A DNA stretch of 63,616 bases, the filler included. It is 9 parts of 9 records of this genome, joined end to end, with 100 filler letters (N's around TTAATTAATTAA, not from the genome) between each part and the next. Parts side by side here need not be neighbours in the genome. Positions count along the whole stretch, not along the records: positions 15,494 to 21,076 come from SRR31147125_38472; positions 21,177 to 27,213 come from SRR31147125_38481; positions 27,314 to 34,268 come from SRR31147125_38500; 6 more parts are not named here. One strand, 5' to 3'. The notes beneath the pieces were generated by a model, which was not told the origin of the DNA, did not search any database, and saw only the letters and a program-made list of their open reading frames with translations. Below, one piece after another: positions 19,413 through 31,700 of this stretch. The position numbers were made by a program, and so were the translations under genes. The first letter of the stretch is position 1; the number at the start of each line of letters is the position of its first letter.

Positions 19413-21050
19413 ATGATCTCAATAAAAAAATGGACGTTGATCCTTTTTCTTTTCTTTTGGAGTATAGGACTCCAGGCGCAAAATAAATCTTTGGAGAGAA
19501 AATTTGTTCCCATAATCTGGACAAACACAGCCGCATTATTACAGTCACAGATCGATACCTGGACTGCATTTAAATACATGTCCGGGGAAGAACAGTGGCA
19601 GGCTGTTCCGTTTCAGGTGGATGAACGGGATGCAGAGGGAAAGTATAATAAAGAAAAAGATGGCGAAATAGACGAAAACGACGAGCTTGTCATCATGCCC
19701 GATGATCTTGGAGACAGGGCTCCGGCACATGCGTGGCTGGATGATACCAATTCTCAAAATTTTGCGCGTATTGAACTGCAATTTACCGATCCAATTGATG
19801 GTAAAACAGGCTGGGTTTATCTTTACCAGGGTATACAAAATACACCAGCTGTGATGGGCTACCTGGGCTATTCGCCACCGTTAAATGGTACGGCATCGGA
19901 TACGGCCAAAAGTCTGTTTTATAACGTGGGAAATAATGTGACAGGATGGCTTGATTATATTTCGATTTCACCTGAATTTTTTACAGATCTGGTGGACCGG
20001 CTCAAAGTTCGTTTGTCTGGTGAATCAAAATTCCCGGGAATTGGCTCTTATGTCATCACCGAGGAGTTGTTAAACGCTCAAGAAGATCCTGCTACTTTTC
20101 ATGCAGGACTTGTTCGAAGTTTTCATGACAAAAGAGCGGATCTAAGGTTACCTTTTTGGCCAACTCCTATTTATGCTCCTTATCAATTGCAATTTTATCC
20201 CTATTCGTTCCGTATGAGCTTGACCTTTGATGAGTTGGATGCGACGTTAGCCGCTATTATCGGATTAAAAAATATGCGCGTCTCTCTTGATTTGGATAGT
20301 GAGAGCGATGGAACCCGGCAGTTTTTTTCGGATAAAAACAGAGCTGGCTTGCTTATTGATGGTATGCCGGATAATGCTGACCTGAGTATTGACCAGGATT
20401 CTGAATTTGTCTGGGTTATGGCAACAGGGCAAACAGGAACGATTCTGATGATATTGAATACACTTGATATTGCCAATTCAACAAAGCAGCTTTATTATCT
20501 TGATGATGAGCAAAGCAGAACGCCGGATGGCACACAGGACACGGGTGATGGCCAATCTTTTGGAGATATGGGCATGCGGATTTTTGGCGATGTGTTGGCA
20601 GCCAACAGTCTTCGTATCGATGCGGTTGTTTACATGCTGAATGAACCACTACTTGATGCGGAATTTGGTACTCGATTGTTCAACCAGGATCAAAATGGGA
20701 TGACCGTACAGGCGGCAGTCCAACAATTTGAACCAACATTCGTTTCCTCAAGGGAACTCGTCCCGGAGTCCTTTGTGCTTTTGCCTACCTCACCGAATCC
20801 TTACACACCTGGTCAGGGGAGTGTCACGATTCAAATGCAAATAGAGCCGCTGGAAGGCCCGCTTCAATTGGTGATTTACAATTCACTCGGGCAGGAGATT
20901 ATATCATTTGAGAATTTTACTCACACGAGACAACGGATCGATTGGAATGGTCGCGATTACGAAGGTAATTTCGTAAGGTCCGGTATCTATTTTCTTCATT
21001 TAAAAGGAAGGACTAAAACCATGACACAAAAGATGATTGTTCTGCCCTAG
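19413..21050 (+). CDS. Secreted protein with FlgD-Ig/T9SS-like C-terminal domain
   Basis: Signal peptide; C-terminal PNP...IYNSLGQEI...WNGRD..G..V.SGIYF..L...TQKMIVL. Confidence 0.8.
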   Translation: MISIKKWTLILFLFFWSIGLQAQNKSLERKFVPIIWTNTAALLQSQIDTWTAFKYMSGEEQWQAVPFQVDERDAEGKYNKEKDGEIDENDELVIMPDDLGDRAPAHAWLDDTNSQNFARIELQFTDPIDGKTGWVYLYQGIQNTPAVMGYLGYSPPLNGTASDTAKSLFYNVGNNVTGWLDYISISPEFFTDLVDRLKVRLSGESKFPGIGSYVITEELLNAQEDPATFHAGLVRSFHDKRADLRLPFWPTPIYAPYQLQFYPYSFRMSLTFDELDATLAAIIGLKNMRVSLDLDSESDGTRQFFSDKNRAGLLIDGMPDNADLSIDQDSEFVWVMATGQTGTILMILNTLDIANSTKQLYYLDDEQSRTPDGTQDTGDGQSFGDMGMRIFGDVLAANSLRIDAVVYMLNEPLLDAEFGTRLFNQDQNGMTVQAAVQQFEPTFVSSRELVPESFVLLPTSPNPYTPGQGSVTIQMQIEPLEGPLQLVIYNSLGQEIISFENFTHTRQRIDWNGRDYEGNFVRSGIYFLHLKGRTKTMTQKMIVLP

Positions 21051-21076
21051 TGTCATGTCAAGTTAAATATGTTGGG

Positions 21077-21176
21077 NNNNNNNNNNNNNNNNNNNNNNNN
21101 NNNNNNNNNNNNNNNNNNNNTTAATTAATTAANNNNNNNNNNNNNNNNNNNNNNNNNNNNNNNNNNNNNNNNNNNN
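21077..21176. other. Artificial contig spacer
   Basis: N44-TTAATTAATTAA-N44. Confidence 0.99.
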
Positions 21177-21369
21177 TTTTTTCTTTAGAAATTGAAATCG
21201 GAGTATTGTCCCGCTTTATGCCGTCATGATGAAATCGAATATGCTGACCGGGCTGCCACGTAAAATTTTCAGACCGGTAAAATTCGAGCTCAAAGACCTC
21301 GTCTGTCAACCAATTCCGTTTAGTAAGCACTATCTTATCTGTTGCCGACGGAACACCATTATTCACCAT
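21177..21369 (-). CDS. FAD-binding (ferredoxin-reductase-type) oxidoreductase, N-terminal fragment
   Basis: LTDEVFELEF.R...F.WQPGQHI......RD..P.S; the start overlaps the PduO stop. Confidence 0.65.
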
Positions 21370-21937
21370 TCCACACCGGCTCTTTGACACCGTGCTGTTT
21401 GTTGAGATATCTGGCAAGAACAAAGAAATAATCCGACAACCGATTGAGAAATACCAGGATGTTCCGGAGTGTCTCCGTTACCGGATCTCCCCCGGCTTCC
21501 CCCTCATTGGCAAAAGAGATAATCCGGCGCTCGACCCTTCGGCAGACGGTACGCGCCACATGGGCATTTGCTGCTGAAAGATGCCCTTGGGGCAGGATAA
21601 ACTGCTTGAGCTCCGGCAATTGATGGGACATGGCGTCGATGGCGGTTTCCATATGTTTGGACGGATCGATGGTAAAGGGCTTAAGATAAGATGCTGACGA
21701 CGACCCGGGTGTTGTGGCAAGCCAAGCCCCGGCATCCAGAAGCCACCCTTGAATGCGATTGATTTCCCGGTCCAGATCCGGCTCGCTGATCTCCCACGCT
21801 GCTTTGATGCATCCGAGAACTGAATTGAGCTCGTCAATCTCGCCGTACGCTTCGATGCGTGGATCCGACTTCAACATTCTCTCTCCGCTGAAGAGACTGG
21901 TTTTTCCTTTATCTCCTGTGCCCGTGTAGACTTTCAT
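21359..21937 (-). CDS. pduO: ATP:cob(I)alamin adenosyltransferase, PduO type
   Basis: MKVYTGTGDKGKTSL, RIEAYGEIDELNS, FILP, ARTVCRRVER, FLNRLSDYFFVLAR. Confidence 0.93.
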   Translation of the reverse strand: MKVYTGTGDKGKTSLFSGERMLKSDPRIEAYGEIDELNSVLGCIKAAWEISEPDLDREINRIQGWLLDAGAWLATTPGSSSASYLKPFTIDPSKHMETAIDAMSHQLPELKQFILPQGHLSAANAHVARTVCRRVERRIISFANEGEAGGDPVTETLRNILVFLNRLSDYFFVLARYLNKQHGVKEPVWNGE

Positions 21938-22068
21938 TTTTTCGGCCTCCCAAATCCTATCCACTGATCCGTTTATGCGCAATCAGTATCAAATTCCATA
22001 TTTTCCAATTGATTTCATTGACGACCACGGCAAAAGCCCCGCCCCATCACAACAGTTAACCATTATCG

Positions 22069-23016
22069 TCAATAGGCGATGGCATGCCTACCCCGGGACT
22101 TTGCCTCATACAGTTTTTTGTCCGCCGCTTCGATCAAAGTCCTCTGGTCACCGGCTGGATCGGCAGCATCTCTGTCATCCGGTGTCAAGGTAGCGATCCC
22201 CATGCTGATGGTGACATGGGATGCTACCGGCGAAGATTCATGGGCAATGGCCAATTCATCCACAGCGCTCTGGATGTTCTTTGCCGTCTCCAGGGCATGA
22301 TGCGCCGGGGTGTCCGGCAGCACCACGGCAAACTCTTCTCCGCCGTATCGTGCCATGAAATCTCCGGCCCGACGAAGAGAACGGGCCATGGCGGCGGCAA
22401 CGCTTCGCAGGCAGTCATCCCCCTGGCCGTGGCCGTAGGTATCGTTATAGAGCTTGAAATGGTCGATATCGATAACGATTAATGAGATGGAATAGGTCGA
22501 ACGACCGGCCCGACGCCACTCCTGCGCCATCACCTCATCAAACCGCCTGCGATTGGGGATCTCCGTCAGTGCATCAATAAATGCGTACTTTTCCAGCAGT
22601 TCCTGTTTTCGTTTGAGATTGAGGTGAAGTTTCACCCGTGCCTTAACCATGGGCGGATGGAAGGGTTTGGTGATGTAATCCACCGCCCCTAAGTCAAACC
22701 CGCGGTTTTCATCCATCACTTCGGAAACCGCCGTAATAAAAATGACCGGAATGTTTTTTGTCCGGAGATCTTCCTTTATTTTGGCACAAAATTCGTAACC
22801 ATCCATTTCAGGCATCAGGATATCAGACAAAATGATGTCCGGCGGAGCATCGGAAAAGGCCACTTTCAAAGCCCTTTTGGCATTTCTTGCCGCTGCAATC
22901 TTATATTCACCGCGAAACAGCTCCATCAACATCTCAATGTTTTGCTTGTTGTCATCCACAATCAGCAGTTTGGCCCGCTCATCACTTTGTTTGACGCGAT
23001 CCTCTTTTTGATCCAT
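22069..23016 (-). CDS. Response regulator diguanylate cyclase (REC-GGDEF)
   Basis: LLIVDD, DILMPEMDG, DYITKPF; DALTEIPNRR, DIDHFKLYND, RAGD I-site, RYGGEEF. The start is probably 23016 rather than 23184. Confidence 0.92.
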   Translation of the reverse strand: MDQKEDRVKQSDERAKLLIVDDNKQNIEMLMELFRGEYKIAAARNAKRALKVAFSDAPPDIILSDILMPEMDGYEFCAKIKEDLRTKNIPVIFITAVSEVMDENRGFDLGAVDYITKPFHPPMVKARVKLHLNLKRKQELLEKYAFIDALTEIPNRRRFDEVMAQEWRRAGRSTYSISLIVIDIDHFKLYNDTYGHGQGDDCLRSVAAAMARSLRRAGDFMARYGGEEFAVVLPDTPAHHALETAKNIQSAVDELAIAHESSPVASHVTISMGIATLTPDDRDAADPAGDQRTLIEAADKKLYEAKSRGRHAIAY

Positions 23017-23189
23017 ATCCCCAGTCTCAAATAAAGTCGTCTTAGCCACGATTAGGAATGAGTCCCAAACAACATTCCCATTTGAAAGTCGAAGTACGTC
23101 GCCTCTAAGGTCGGCGTACTCTGAAAAGGGCACGTTATTATAAAACCGATTCCTGAATGTTTTTTTTATTACATCGACAGCCAACAGTA

Positions 23190-26100
23190 TCAGCTTGCCT
23201 TAATTTCCCGGCTCAAGATGTCGATCATCTGTTGAATGGTCTCAGAGGCGTCATCAATTTCAAAATCATCCATGGCATCCATCAACTTCCCACAAAGCGT
23301 AAAACCGACACCGATCTTCAGATCGGATTCCACAGATTCCAACAGATCACGGGCCGCTCCAAGATCGTCGTCCAACATGGCGTCCACCCGATCCAGAGTC
23401 TTTAGTAGAGCCTCAATATCCAGAGCCGAACTATTTTGGACCGATCCGCCATCAAATTCAACCCCTTTTCCATCCTCTTTCTCTTTTCCCGAGTTTTGCT
23501 CTTCTCCAGTTTTACCATTAGTGGATGGGCTGTTTTTCTCTAAAGCGTCACCCTCAGTGACGGAGATATGATCACGAATTCCGGACAACAAGTTGTTCAG
23601 CTCCCAACAGAACGGCTGCCAAATTTCGTTGGGTACGCTCTTTTCGCCGGCAGAGTCTCTGTCAGCCACTATGGCCTGTTCCAAATCTGCGGCAACGGCG
23701 GAGAGGACTTCCGCTCCAATGTTGGCTGAGACGCCTTTTACGGAGTGGACAATCAACCGAGCGTTTTCAATGGAATCGGATGTAATTCCATTTATTCCAT
23801 TGGTGCCGCTTCTTGATTGCATTGCCAAATAAGATTGAATCTCATCTTCCGCATTAGCAAAATCTCGAGCAAAGCTCTTGATCAGTTTATGGAAGAGTTT
23901 GCGATTATGATTGGCCCTGAAAAGCCCTTTAGGCACATCGATTCCCGGAATCTCAAACAGTGGGGATTGTGAGGATGGGTTAGATTGTTCAAATTGATAG
24001 GAGAGATTTGATGGAGCAGCTGTTTTTTCCGATTGCTCTAATGGGTGCTCCGAATTTGTTGCCGATGGTTCCTCGGGCGCCTCAGATACGGCACCGGTCC
24101 ACTTGGCAAGTATTTGAAACAGCAATGCCGGATCAATGGGCTTGGTGACATAGTCATCCATTCCGGCATTAAGACATTTCTCCCGATCCCCTTTAAGTGC
24201 ATGGGCGGTCATGGCAATAATGGGAAGCGACTGAAATCGGAGATCCTTTCGAATGTGCCCGGTGGCCTCCAACCCATCCATTTCAGGCATCTGAATGTCC
24301 ATCAGCACAGCATCGGGCAGAACCGAACTTCCTTTGACAGAATTATTTTCAGAGCTTTCTTCAATAGAATGTTTATCTTCATAAGAGGCCGGAAGATCGG
24401 AAGAAATCCCGAAATATGAGAGCGCTTCCTCTCCATTGTGGGCCATATCCACTTCGATCCCCGAACTACTCAGCCACTCCAACGCCACTTCCCGATTGAT
24501 CTCATTGTCCTCCACCAGCAAGACCCGTTTTCCCTTGAACATTTTATTTAATACAGTCTTAGACACTTGGTAAGACGTGCTCGGGGATTTGGAAACCAGG
24601 GCATCATGTCTGCCAAAGAGCTCCATGATGGTATCAAACAAAAACGATTGATTCACCGGCTTGTAAAGAAAAGCATCCAAAAATTTTCGATCGGCTTTTT
24701 GAATCAAATCCTCCCTGGCGTGGGCCGAGACCATGCATACAATGGGCGTTTTGTCCAGCGCCATCTCCAGCTTGATTCTTCGAGCCGCCTCAAGACCGCT
24801 CATCTGCGGCATTTTCCAATCCATGAGTACCAGATCAAATGGAGTAGAGGCGGTATGATTCATAAGTACGTCAAGGGCCTCTTCACCCGATGACGCCGTC
24901 ACCGCTTCCATATGAAACGATTGAATAACACCTGTCAGAATATCCAGTGATGTGCGGTTGTCATCCACAATCAGCACCTTCAGACCGCGCAGATCCCGTG
25001 GCGGATGCAACGTAATCTGATTCTTTTCCGGCTGACGCTCCAGAGGAATGGTAAAGGAAAAGGCACTGCCGATTCCCGGTGTACTGGTCACGACGATATC
25101 CCCACCCATGAGGCGAACCAGACGACGGGATATGGTCAATCCCAAGCCGGTTCCGCCATATTTCCGGGTGGTGGAGCCATCCGCCTGGGTAAATGACTCA
25201 AACAAGGCGTCCAGTCGATCTTCCGGGATCCCGATGCCGGTATCCTCGACCAAGAAAGTAAATCCATCCATTGTTTCGATTGGATTTTCAGATTCTTCCG
25301 TTCCTTTTAACGGCTTTAATGCTTCCGCCCCATTGGGCATGTCATCTTTCTTTTCCGGTTTTTTGGAGAATGTCACCTTGACGACAATCTCTCCCTGCTC
25401 TGTGAACTTCATGGCATTACCCACCAGATTGATGAGCACCTGCCCCAGACGTACCGCATCCCCGATCACCGCTGTCGGAGTGTGCTCATCGATGGAGAGT
25501 AGAAACTCCAGCCCCTTTTCATCGGCTTTATAGGCAAACATCTCGGAGACATTGGCCATGAGATCGTACAAAGAAAACGGTGCATGCTCCAGCGCCAACC
25601 GTCCGGCTTCGATTTTGGAAAAATCGAGAATATCGTTAATCACAGCCAGAAGGCTTCTTGATGAGATGGTGATCTTCTTCAGATACTGCTGCTGCGTATC
25701 TGACAGCTCTGTGCGCCCCATCAGATCGGTCAGCCCCATCACGGCGTTCAGCGGCGTTCGAATCTCATGACTCATGTTGGCAAGAAATTCGCTCTTGGCA
25801 TTGGAGGATGCCAGGGCCGCTTCCTTTTCCCGTTCTGCTTCTTCCCGTTCAATCCGCTGGGAAATATCCATCATGGTTCCTTCAATGACCGTCTCTTCTC
25901 CCTGGCTCTCTCCATAGTCACACAGATGCACACTCAACTCCGCCGGAAAACCGGACCCGTCCTTTCGTTTCAAACGAACTTCGGCACTGGTCAATCGCCT
26001 TTGTTCCTTCAATTGACGGATTATTTTTCGGCGATCCTCTTGACTTTCATAAATTCTGCCAATGTGCTGCCCGACCGCTTCTTGCATCTCTTCCGGAGAG

Positions 26101-27124
26101 TCATATCCCAACATCTTCACCATGGCGCTGTTAGCGGCAAGCAATTGGCCTTCCGAGGTGCTCTGATAAATTCCCACAACGGCATTTTCAAAAATATTAC
26201 GATATTTTATGACCATCCGTTCCAGGTTTTTTTGCTCCTGTTGAAGGCTTTGGGCCATGTGGTTCATACTCTTTGCCAGTACGGAAAGTTCCCTCCCCAT
26301 GGGAATTTCCAAACGATGATCCAGGTAACCTGAAGCAATGGCCTCGGCCCCCGCTGCATCATCCCCATGGGGCTGCCAATCCAGCGACCCAGCAAAAGAG
26401 CGGCAGCCACGACAACAGGCAGGGTCATTAAAAATATGACCAAAGACTTCGAGAGAATGTGATTTTGATATTGCGCCACGGTCTCAGCTGAGATATCGAC
26501 TCCCAGTACACCGGCCCGGCGCCCATTAGAGTCGTAAAACGGTGCATAACCGGAGAGCCAGGTTCCCCATTGATCCTGATAGAGTGTCTTTTCAATAACC
26601 GGATCCTTCATGTCGAAAAAACGTTTGCTCAGCAATGGGCCGGCATCGGAGTAGACTTCCCCCAGTTGCGCCGTTTGAGTCGGATCTTCCTCCGCATCCA
26701 CAACAAACATGATTCTGGGCCCCCCATATTTGAATTGCATCCGAGCGGTATCACCGAGGACGTCGGTCGTTCGCATGGTGTAAATAAAGTGGATGTCGCT
26801 GGAAGCATCCCGAATTTCCTTAAGATCCTGCTTCAGCTTGAGGTATGTCTCTGAATCGTGGAGAGAGAGGGATGGGTCCTGCCTAGCCAGCGTCAACAGA
26901 CGGGAATGTAAATCCCCATCAATCTGTTTGGATGAGATGGAGACAATGTCAAAGAGACGCCGTTCGATATCCTGCATCACCTGTTTGGATGCAGCCTGGT
27001 AGAGACTGAATGTGATCACTCCGTTAATCAGTAATGAAAAAATCAGAAAAATGATGATCAAAACATGTGAAATTTTCAAATTTCGAAGAGAAAATTCAGA
27101 TCGCAAACCCGTCAGCCCCTCCAT
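23190..27124 (-). CDS. Hybrid sensor histidine kinase (periplasmic sensor-HAMP-PAS-HisKA-HATPase-REC-REC-Hpt), split by a frameshift at C5 run 26348-26352
   Basis: Adding one G joins the 286-aa and 1040-aa ORFs through a HAMP domain (QRGAEAIASGYLDHRLEIP). Motifs FLANMSHEIRTP, NLVGNAMKFT, GGTGLGL, two receiver domains, HSVKGVSANIGA. Confidence 0.9.
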
Positions 27125-27213
27125 GGCATATGCGTGTTAATAGAATATTGCAATACCACCGCCATATCACAAACGATGCATTTATTATAACGGCCATGTC
27201 AGGCCACCTGACA

Positions 27214-27313
27214 NNNNNNNNNNNNNNNNNNNNNNNNNNNNNNNNNNNNNNNNNNNNTTAATTAATTAANNNNNNNNNNNNNNNNNNNNNNNNNNNNNNN
27301 NNNNNNNNNNNNN
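27214..27313. other. Artificial contig spacer
   Basis: N44-TTAATTAATTAA-N44. Confidence 0.99.
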
Positions 27314-27347
27314 AGATATCTCCCTTTCCGAATATCCGGATGCATCA

Positions 27348-28715
27348 TTGGAACCAGCAGTAACTCCTGATGTTTCTCAAGCTGGAGTTACAATAGCTTC
27401 TGGCAGATTTACAATCGAATCTATCATTTGGGACACAACTACAAATTATACGTCTCTAAGAGTTAAAACAGTTGCTGGTGTACAACAGCTAGACCAAGGT
27501 AATTTATACATTGGTGACAAAGTGGATATCGACTGCACCTTGGCTGAAATAGGCAAAGTCGGTGGTAAAAACTACTTTAGATGTGTTCAGGACTTTGCGA
27601 ACCAGGTTGTAACAGATAGCGCAAGGCTGTTTGGCCCAGTTAGAGCCGCTGCTGACAACGAACGATATCTTTCAAACGGACAAAATAATCTGGGAAGCAT
27701 TTTCGTTTCTGATGAAATCACAACTCTTGACAACTTGACAGAATATTTCAAAGCAAGACCAGTGTCTCTTAGTCAATCGAGAGGAACTGAGGTAGCCAGA
27801 TTGTTCATGGCCAATGAAAATGACGGCCAGATTGTTCTTGAGAAAGAAGTGGCCGGTGAATTCGGTGCAGGCGGAACTTTGTCAAACATTGCAAGCACAA
27901 CTATCGATGGCGAATTGGTCGCACCAGGCAGCAATGCTGATATGTTTATAAAACTGTCAAGTCTTGACGGAATTAAACAGGGAGATATTCTGTTCATCTC
28001 CGACTCAGATAAAGCCAAAAGAGAAGCTGTTCGTGTTGACTCGATTGATGAAGAAAACAGCCAGGTAAAACTAAACTACAGGCAATATACAAATGCCCAC
28101 GCAAGCGGAACTACTGTTTACCTTACTCCGAGAACTCAATTGAAAGAAGATTTCGATCCTGAAAACGGAACAACGATTGTACTTGAAGATGTAAACAGCA
28201 TTGGTAATGGGCTTGGATTCAGACCTGGAGACAAGATTACAGTAGGAGATAAATCAGCTCTGATTACTGGCGTTTCCAACGGTTCAAGTCAAGTCAGTTT
28301 GTCTGTTGATGGTCTTGAAACAACTCATTCAGCAGGCAGTGTTGTTAGCCTGGAAGAAAAATCGGTCACTCTTGATGGAGTGCGTATTGCTCTAAAAGAC
28401 ACAAACGGTATGAAACCGGATGTTGATTGCAAAGTAAATGGAGTAGTAGAAGACAATAGCACAGGAACAGCCGTTGAGACGCCGGTTGAAAACGACTATA
28501 AAATAGTTAGGGTCTCTAATGGAAGCGTTTTGCTAAACACATCAAAAGGCTTGTCCCAATATGACAACGCTAAACAAGATTCTATAATGTTAACCGTAAC
28601 AACAGAAAAAGGAACTCGTCCTGATGATATCCTGAAAATTCAGGCATACGATAACTCCGGCAATCCTATTCAAGAATCTAAAAATGAACTTCATGGAGAC
28701 GGAGAAGTTGATTAG
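27348..28715 (+). CDS. Beta-rich acidic extracellular-type protein, probably 5' truncated
   Basis: 455-aa ORF near the contig start; two internal repeats ending H.[SA]G..V.L. Confidence 0.75.
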   Translation: MEPAVTPDVSQAGVTIASGRFTIESIIWDTTTNYTSLRVKTVAGVQQLDQGNLYIGDKVDIDCTLAEIGKVGGKNYFRCVQDFANQVVTDSARLFGPVRAAADNERYLSNGQNNLGSIFVSDEITTLDNLTEYFKARPVSLSQSRGTEVARLFMANENDGQIVLEKEVAGEFGAGGTLSNIASTTIDGELVAPGSNADMFIKLSSLDGIKQGDILFISDSDKAKREAVRVDSIDEENSQVKLNYRQYTNAHASGTTVYLTPRTQLKEDFDPENGTTIVLEDVNSIGNGLGFRPGDKITVGDKSALITGVSNGSSQVSLSVDGLETTHSAGSVVSLEEKSVTLDGVRIALKDTNGMKPDVDCKVNGVVEDNSTGTAVETPVENDYKIVRVSNGSVLLNTSKGLSQYDNAKQDSIMLTVTTEKGTRPDDILKIQAYDNSGNPIQESKNELHGDGEVD

Positions 28716-28779
28716 GCTGGAATTGGATTTTATAAACCTCATTTAACTGGGCATTAGCCCCAAAACGAGGAGAAAGAAA

Positions 28780-31700
28780 GTGAGTATTAAAGCAATCAAA
28801 ATAGGAATTATCCTTTGGATAGCTTTCCTGGTTGCGCTCTCCGGTTCTGCCTTTGCCGAGAGAAAAGTCTTTATCAACAATGAGTGGGTCAGTGTTGACA
28901 AGCTAAGACAAAACTCGGAAGAAGATTATGAATCTTATATGGAGCGTGGTTGTACACCAGGAGAATACAAAGTACTAATCACACAAGCGGAATACATACC
29001 GCCTGTTCAGGTTTTTGCCAGAGTAGTTCATTGCAATCCAAATGGAGTATGGGAGGTTGTAACGGGATTGACTGAACAAAATTTCCGGCTTCATGAAGGT
29101 ATCGGACACCTTGATAATGGAACATGTAACGCTTCCGGCAAGAAATCTGTAGTTGATTATGTAGTTGTAGAAAATCTAAGCGAATGGAACTCAGCTTCCA
29201 TTTCACTTGGTATTGACATTTCAGGTTCCATGTCGGGGGGAGCTTTGGAGGAAGCCAAAACCAAACTTAAAGAATTCCTCAACAACGTATCCCCTGCCGA
29301 TAGGATCGGATTGGTATCATTTGAATCAACAGCAAAAATAGAACATGATTTTTCATTTGATACAGCAAGTCTCACCAGTGCAGTTGATGCTCTCACAACA
29401 ATGGGCAGCACAGCTCTTCTTGATGCTATTTGCCTGTCACTTGATGAAGTAGTATCTCAAAATGGAGCAAAGGCCGTAGTCGTTTTTACGGATGGACAGG
29501 AAAATCAATCTCAAAATTGTACAACGGTACAGCAGGTTATAGACAAAGCAAAATCCTATTTTATACCTGTATATACAATTGGTGTAGGTAGCGGTACTGA
29601 TTCCAATTATCTACAAACAATTGCTGACGCAACAAACGGCAAATTTTACAATGCTCCTTCTGCCAGTGATCTGGCAGCTATTTACGACGAAATCACTCAC
29701 CTGATTCAGTCACAATATGTAATAAACTACAGATCGCCATTCCCTGAAAGTTCAGGAATTGACAGATGTGGCGATGTGCAGGTCATTCTTCCGGGAGGAA
29801 CTCAGATAGATCCTGCGGCATATAGTTACACAATCAGCGGAACTGACTCCATATCATTATCTTTATCGACAGAAACAAGATCATTGATTTACAGTGGTTC
29901 CGGTAATGATATCCCAATGCCCATTTCAGTTGAAGTTGTATCTCCAAACGAATCAGTCGAAGGATTTCTGTACTGGAGACCTGCCAATGGAGATTTCGAG
30001 AAAATCCCATTACAGATAAACGCAAGGGGAACAAGTTCGGGTTTATATAAAGCTACAATCGCTAAAGAAAATGTGATTGAGCCTGGAATCGCTTTCTTTG
30101 TAGAATTCATCGGTGATTCGACTGGTACAAGGGTAACTCTTCCAACAGTTGGTCCTCAAACAAACCCATACACAATTGCAATTAGCCCAAACGCTCCTCC
30201 TGTAATTAGCACCAATTCTTTCCCAGCTAATTTTGATTCTTCACAGGATCTCAAGATCAAATTCAGAGTTTTTGATGAAACGGATGAAACAACTGAAGCC
30301 AATGTATATACAAGAAAAGTTCGAGTAGGCGGTCATTCATTCCCGTTTAATAAAATAGCAGCCACAAGAACTTCCGGTTCTGCACAAAGCGGAAATTGGG
30401 AAGCGACCATTCCTGTTAAAGATTTAGGTGGACTTGGTATTGAAGTCTTTATTACAGCAACCGACAATTTTGGAATCAAAGGCTATTATGCGACAATGGA
30501 TTATCCAAGGCGCATTCTGCCCAAGGAAACTGTAAAAGATCCTGGTGATGGATTCACTTTACCATACACCATGGGACCATTCTATTTAACAGGTACGGAT
30601 TCAACCAGTATTAGCCCAGCCAGTCGAGACGAGACTGTTTACAAGTACAAAATATCTGGTGGATTACATATTAACCTTCTTGGTAATTGGGCATATTTTG
30701 AGGCTGATAATTGCACTATCGACTTGCAATTCCCTCCAGTTATGCTTGAATGCGATTCTTCTGTATTAACATTCAATGAAGAAGTTGTACTTTTCCAGGA
30801 TAAAAGCATAAGTTCATTGCCGGTTGATCCTGCAATCTTTTCCAGTAATGGAGAAATCAGACACGCAAGTGATTCAGGCACTATAGATAACGATTTACTT
30901 GATGCATTTCAAGCTCAGCTAGGTGCCAATCTTGAACTGTTTGGACTGGCTTATGCAAGAGTTGATAACTATGGATGCTTGCTATATGACACTTCCATAG
31001 AGAGCTTTTTCATTGGAAAACTTGCACAAATGTTCGACTTTAACATGGGGCTAACCAACAAATTCAGCGGAAAACCTCAAATTGGAGTCGGAGCTGTTGG
31101 AGTTTGCCCGAATATCGGAGTCAAACTGGTTGACGTAAAAGTCGGATTGAAGGTTTCAGTTTCAGACTGGATCAACCCAGTCGAAAAGGTATCTGGTGGT
31201 TTCAACTTCAATATTAAAACTTCCGATGCTCCAGACAGATGGAAAAAGAACTTGGGTTTCGGCGATCACGCACAAATGCTCACTGGTTCTTTGAAGGTAA
31301 ACCTTGGTTGTTCCTTGTTCTTTGCCGGTGCTAAAGAAAACTGCCAAATCGATAAAGTTTCACTCCCGATAAACAAAGCTTCACTTGGAGTGGATTTGCA
31401 TTGGCCTCTAGTCGGAATCAAAAACTGGGGATCATGTTTTGATATGGATATGGATGTCAGCGTCCAAAGCAGATTGCTGCTTGCTACCATTCCAATACCT
31501 CCTCCAGGATTTCCACTTAATCTCAGATTCAAACAAGCAAGCATTGAACTGGCTTCCGCAGGCAAGATGGCTGCTGGAATTGGTAAACTGCTTGGTGCAG
31601 ATAGTTGGAACGCCTGCCCTGCAAAAGATACCAGATTCACCGTCGGCATTGGTTTGTCGCTTGATCCGGCAGGTATTGACGTTGCGCAAAAGATTGGTCT

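Noticed and set aside
26264-27124. Stand-alone periplasmic sensor gene
   Set aside because: It is the N-terminus of the hybrid kinase; the break falls inside a HAMP domain at a G5 run.
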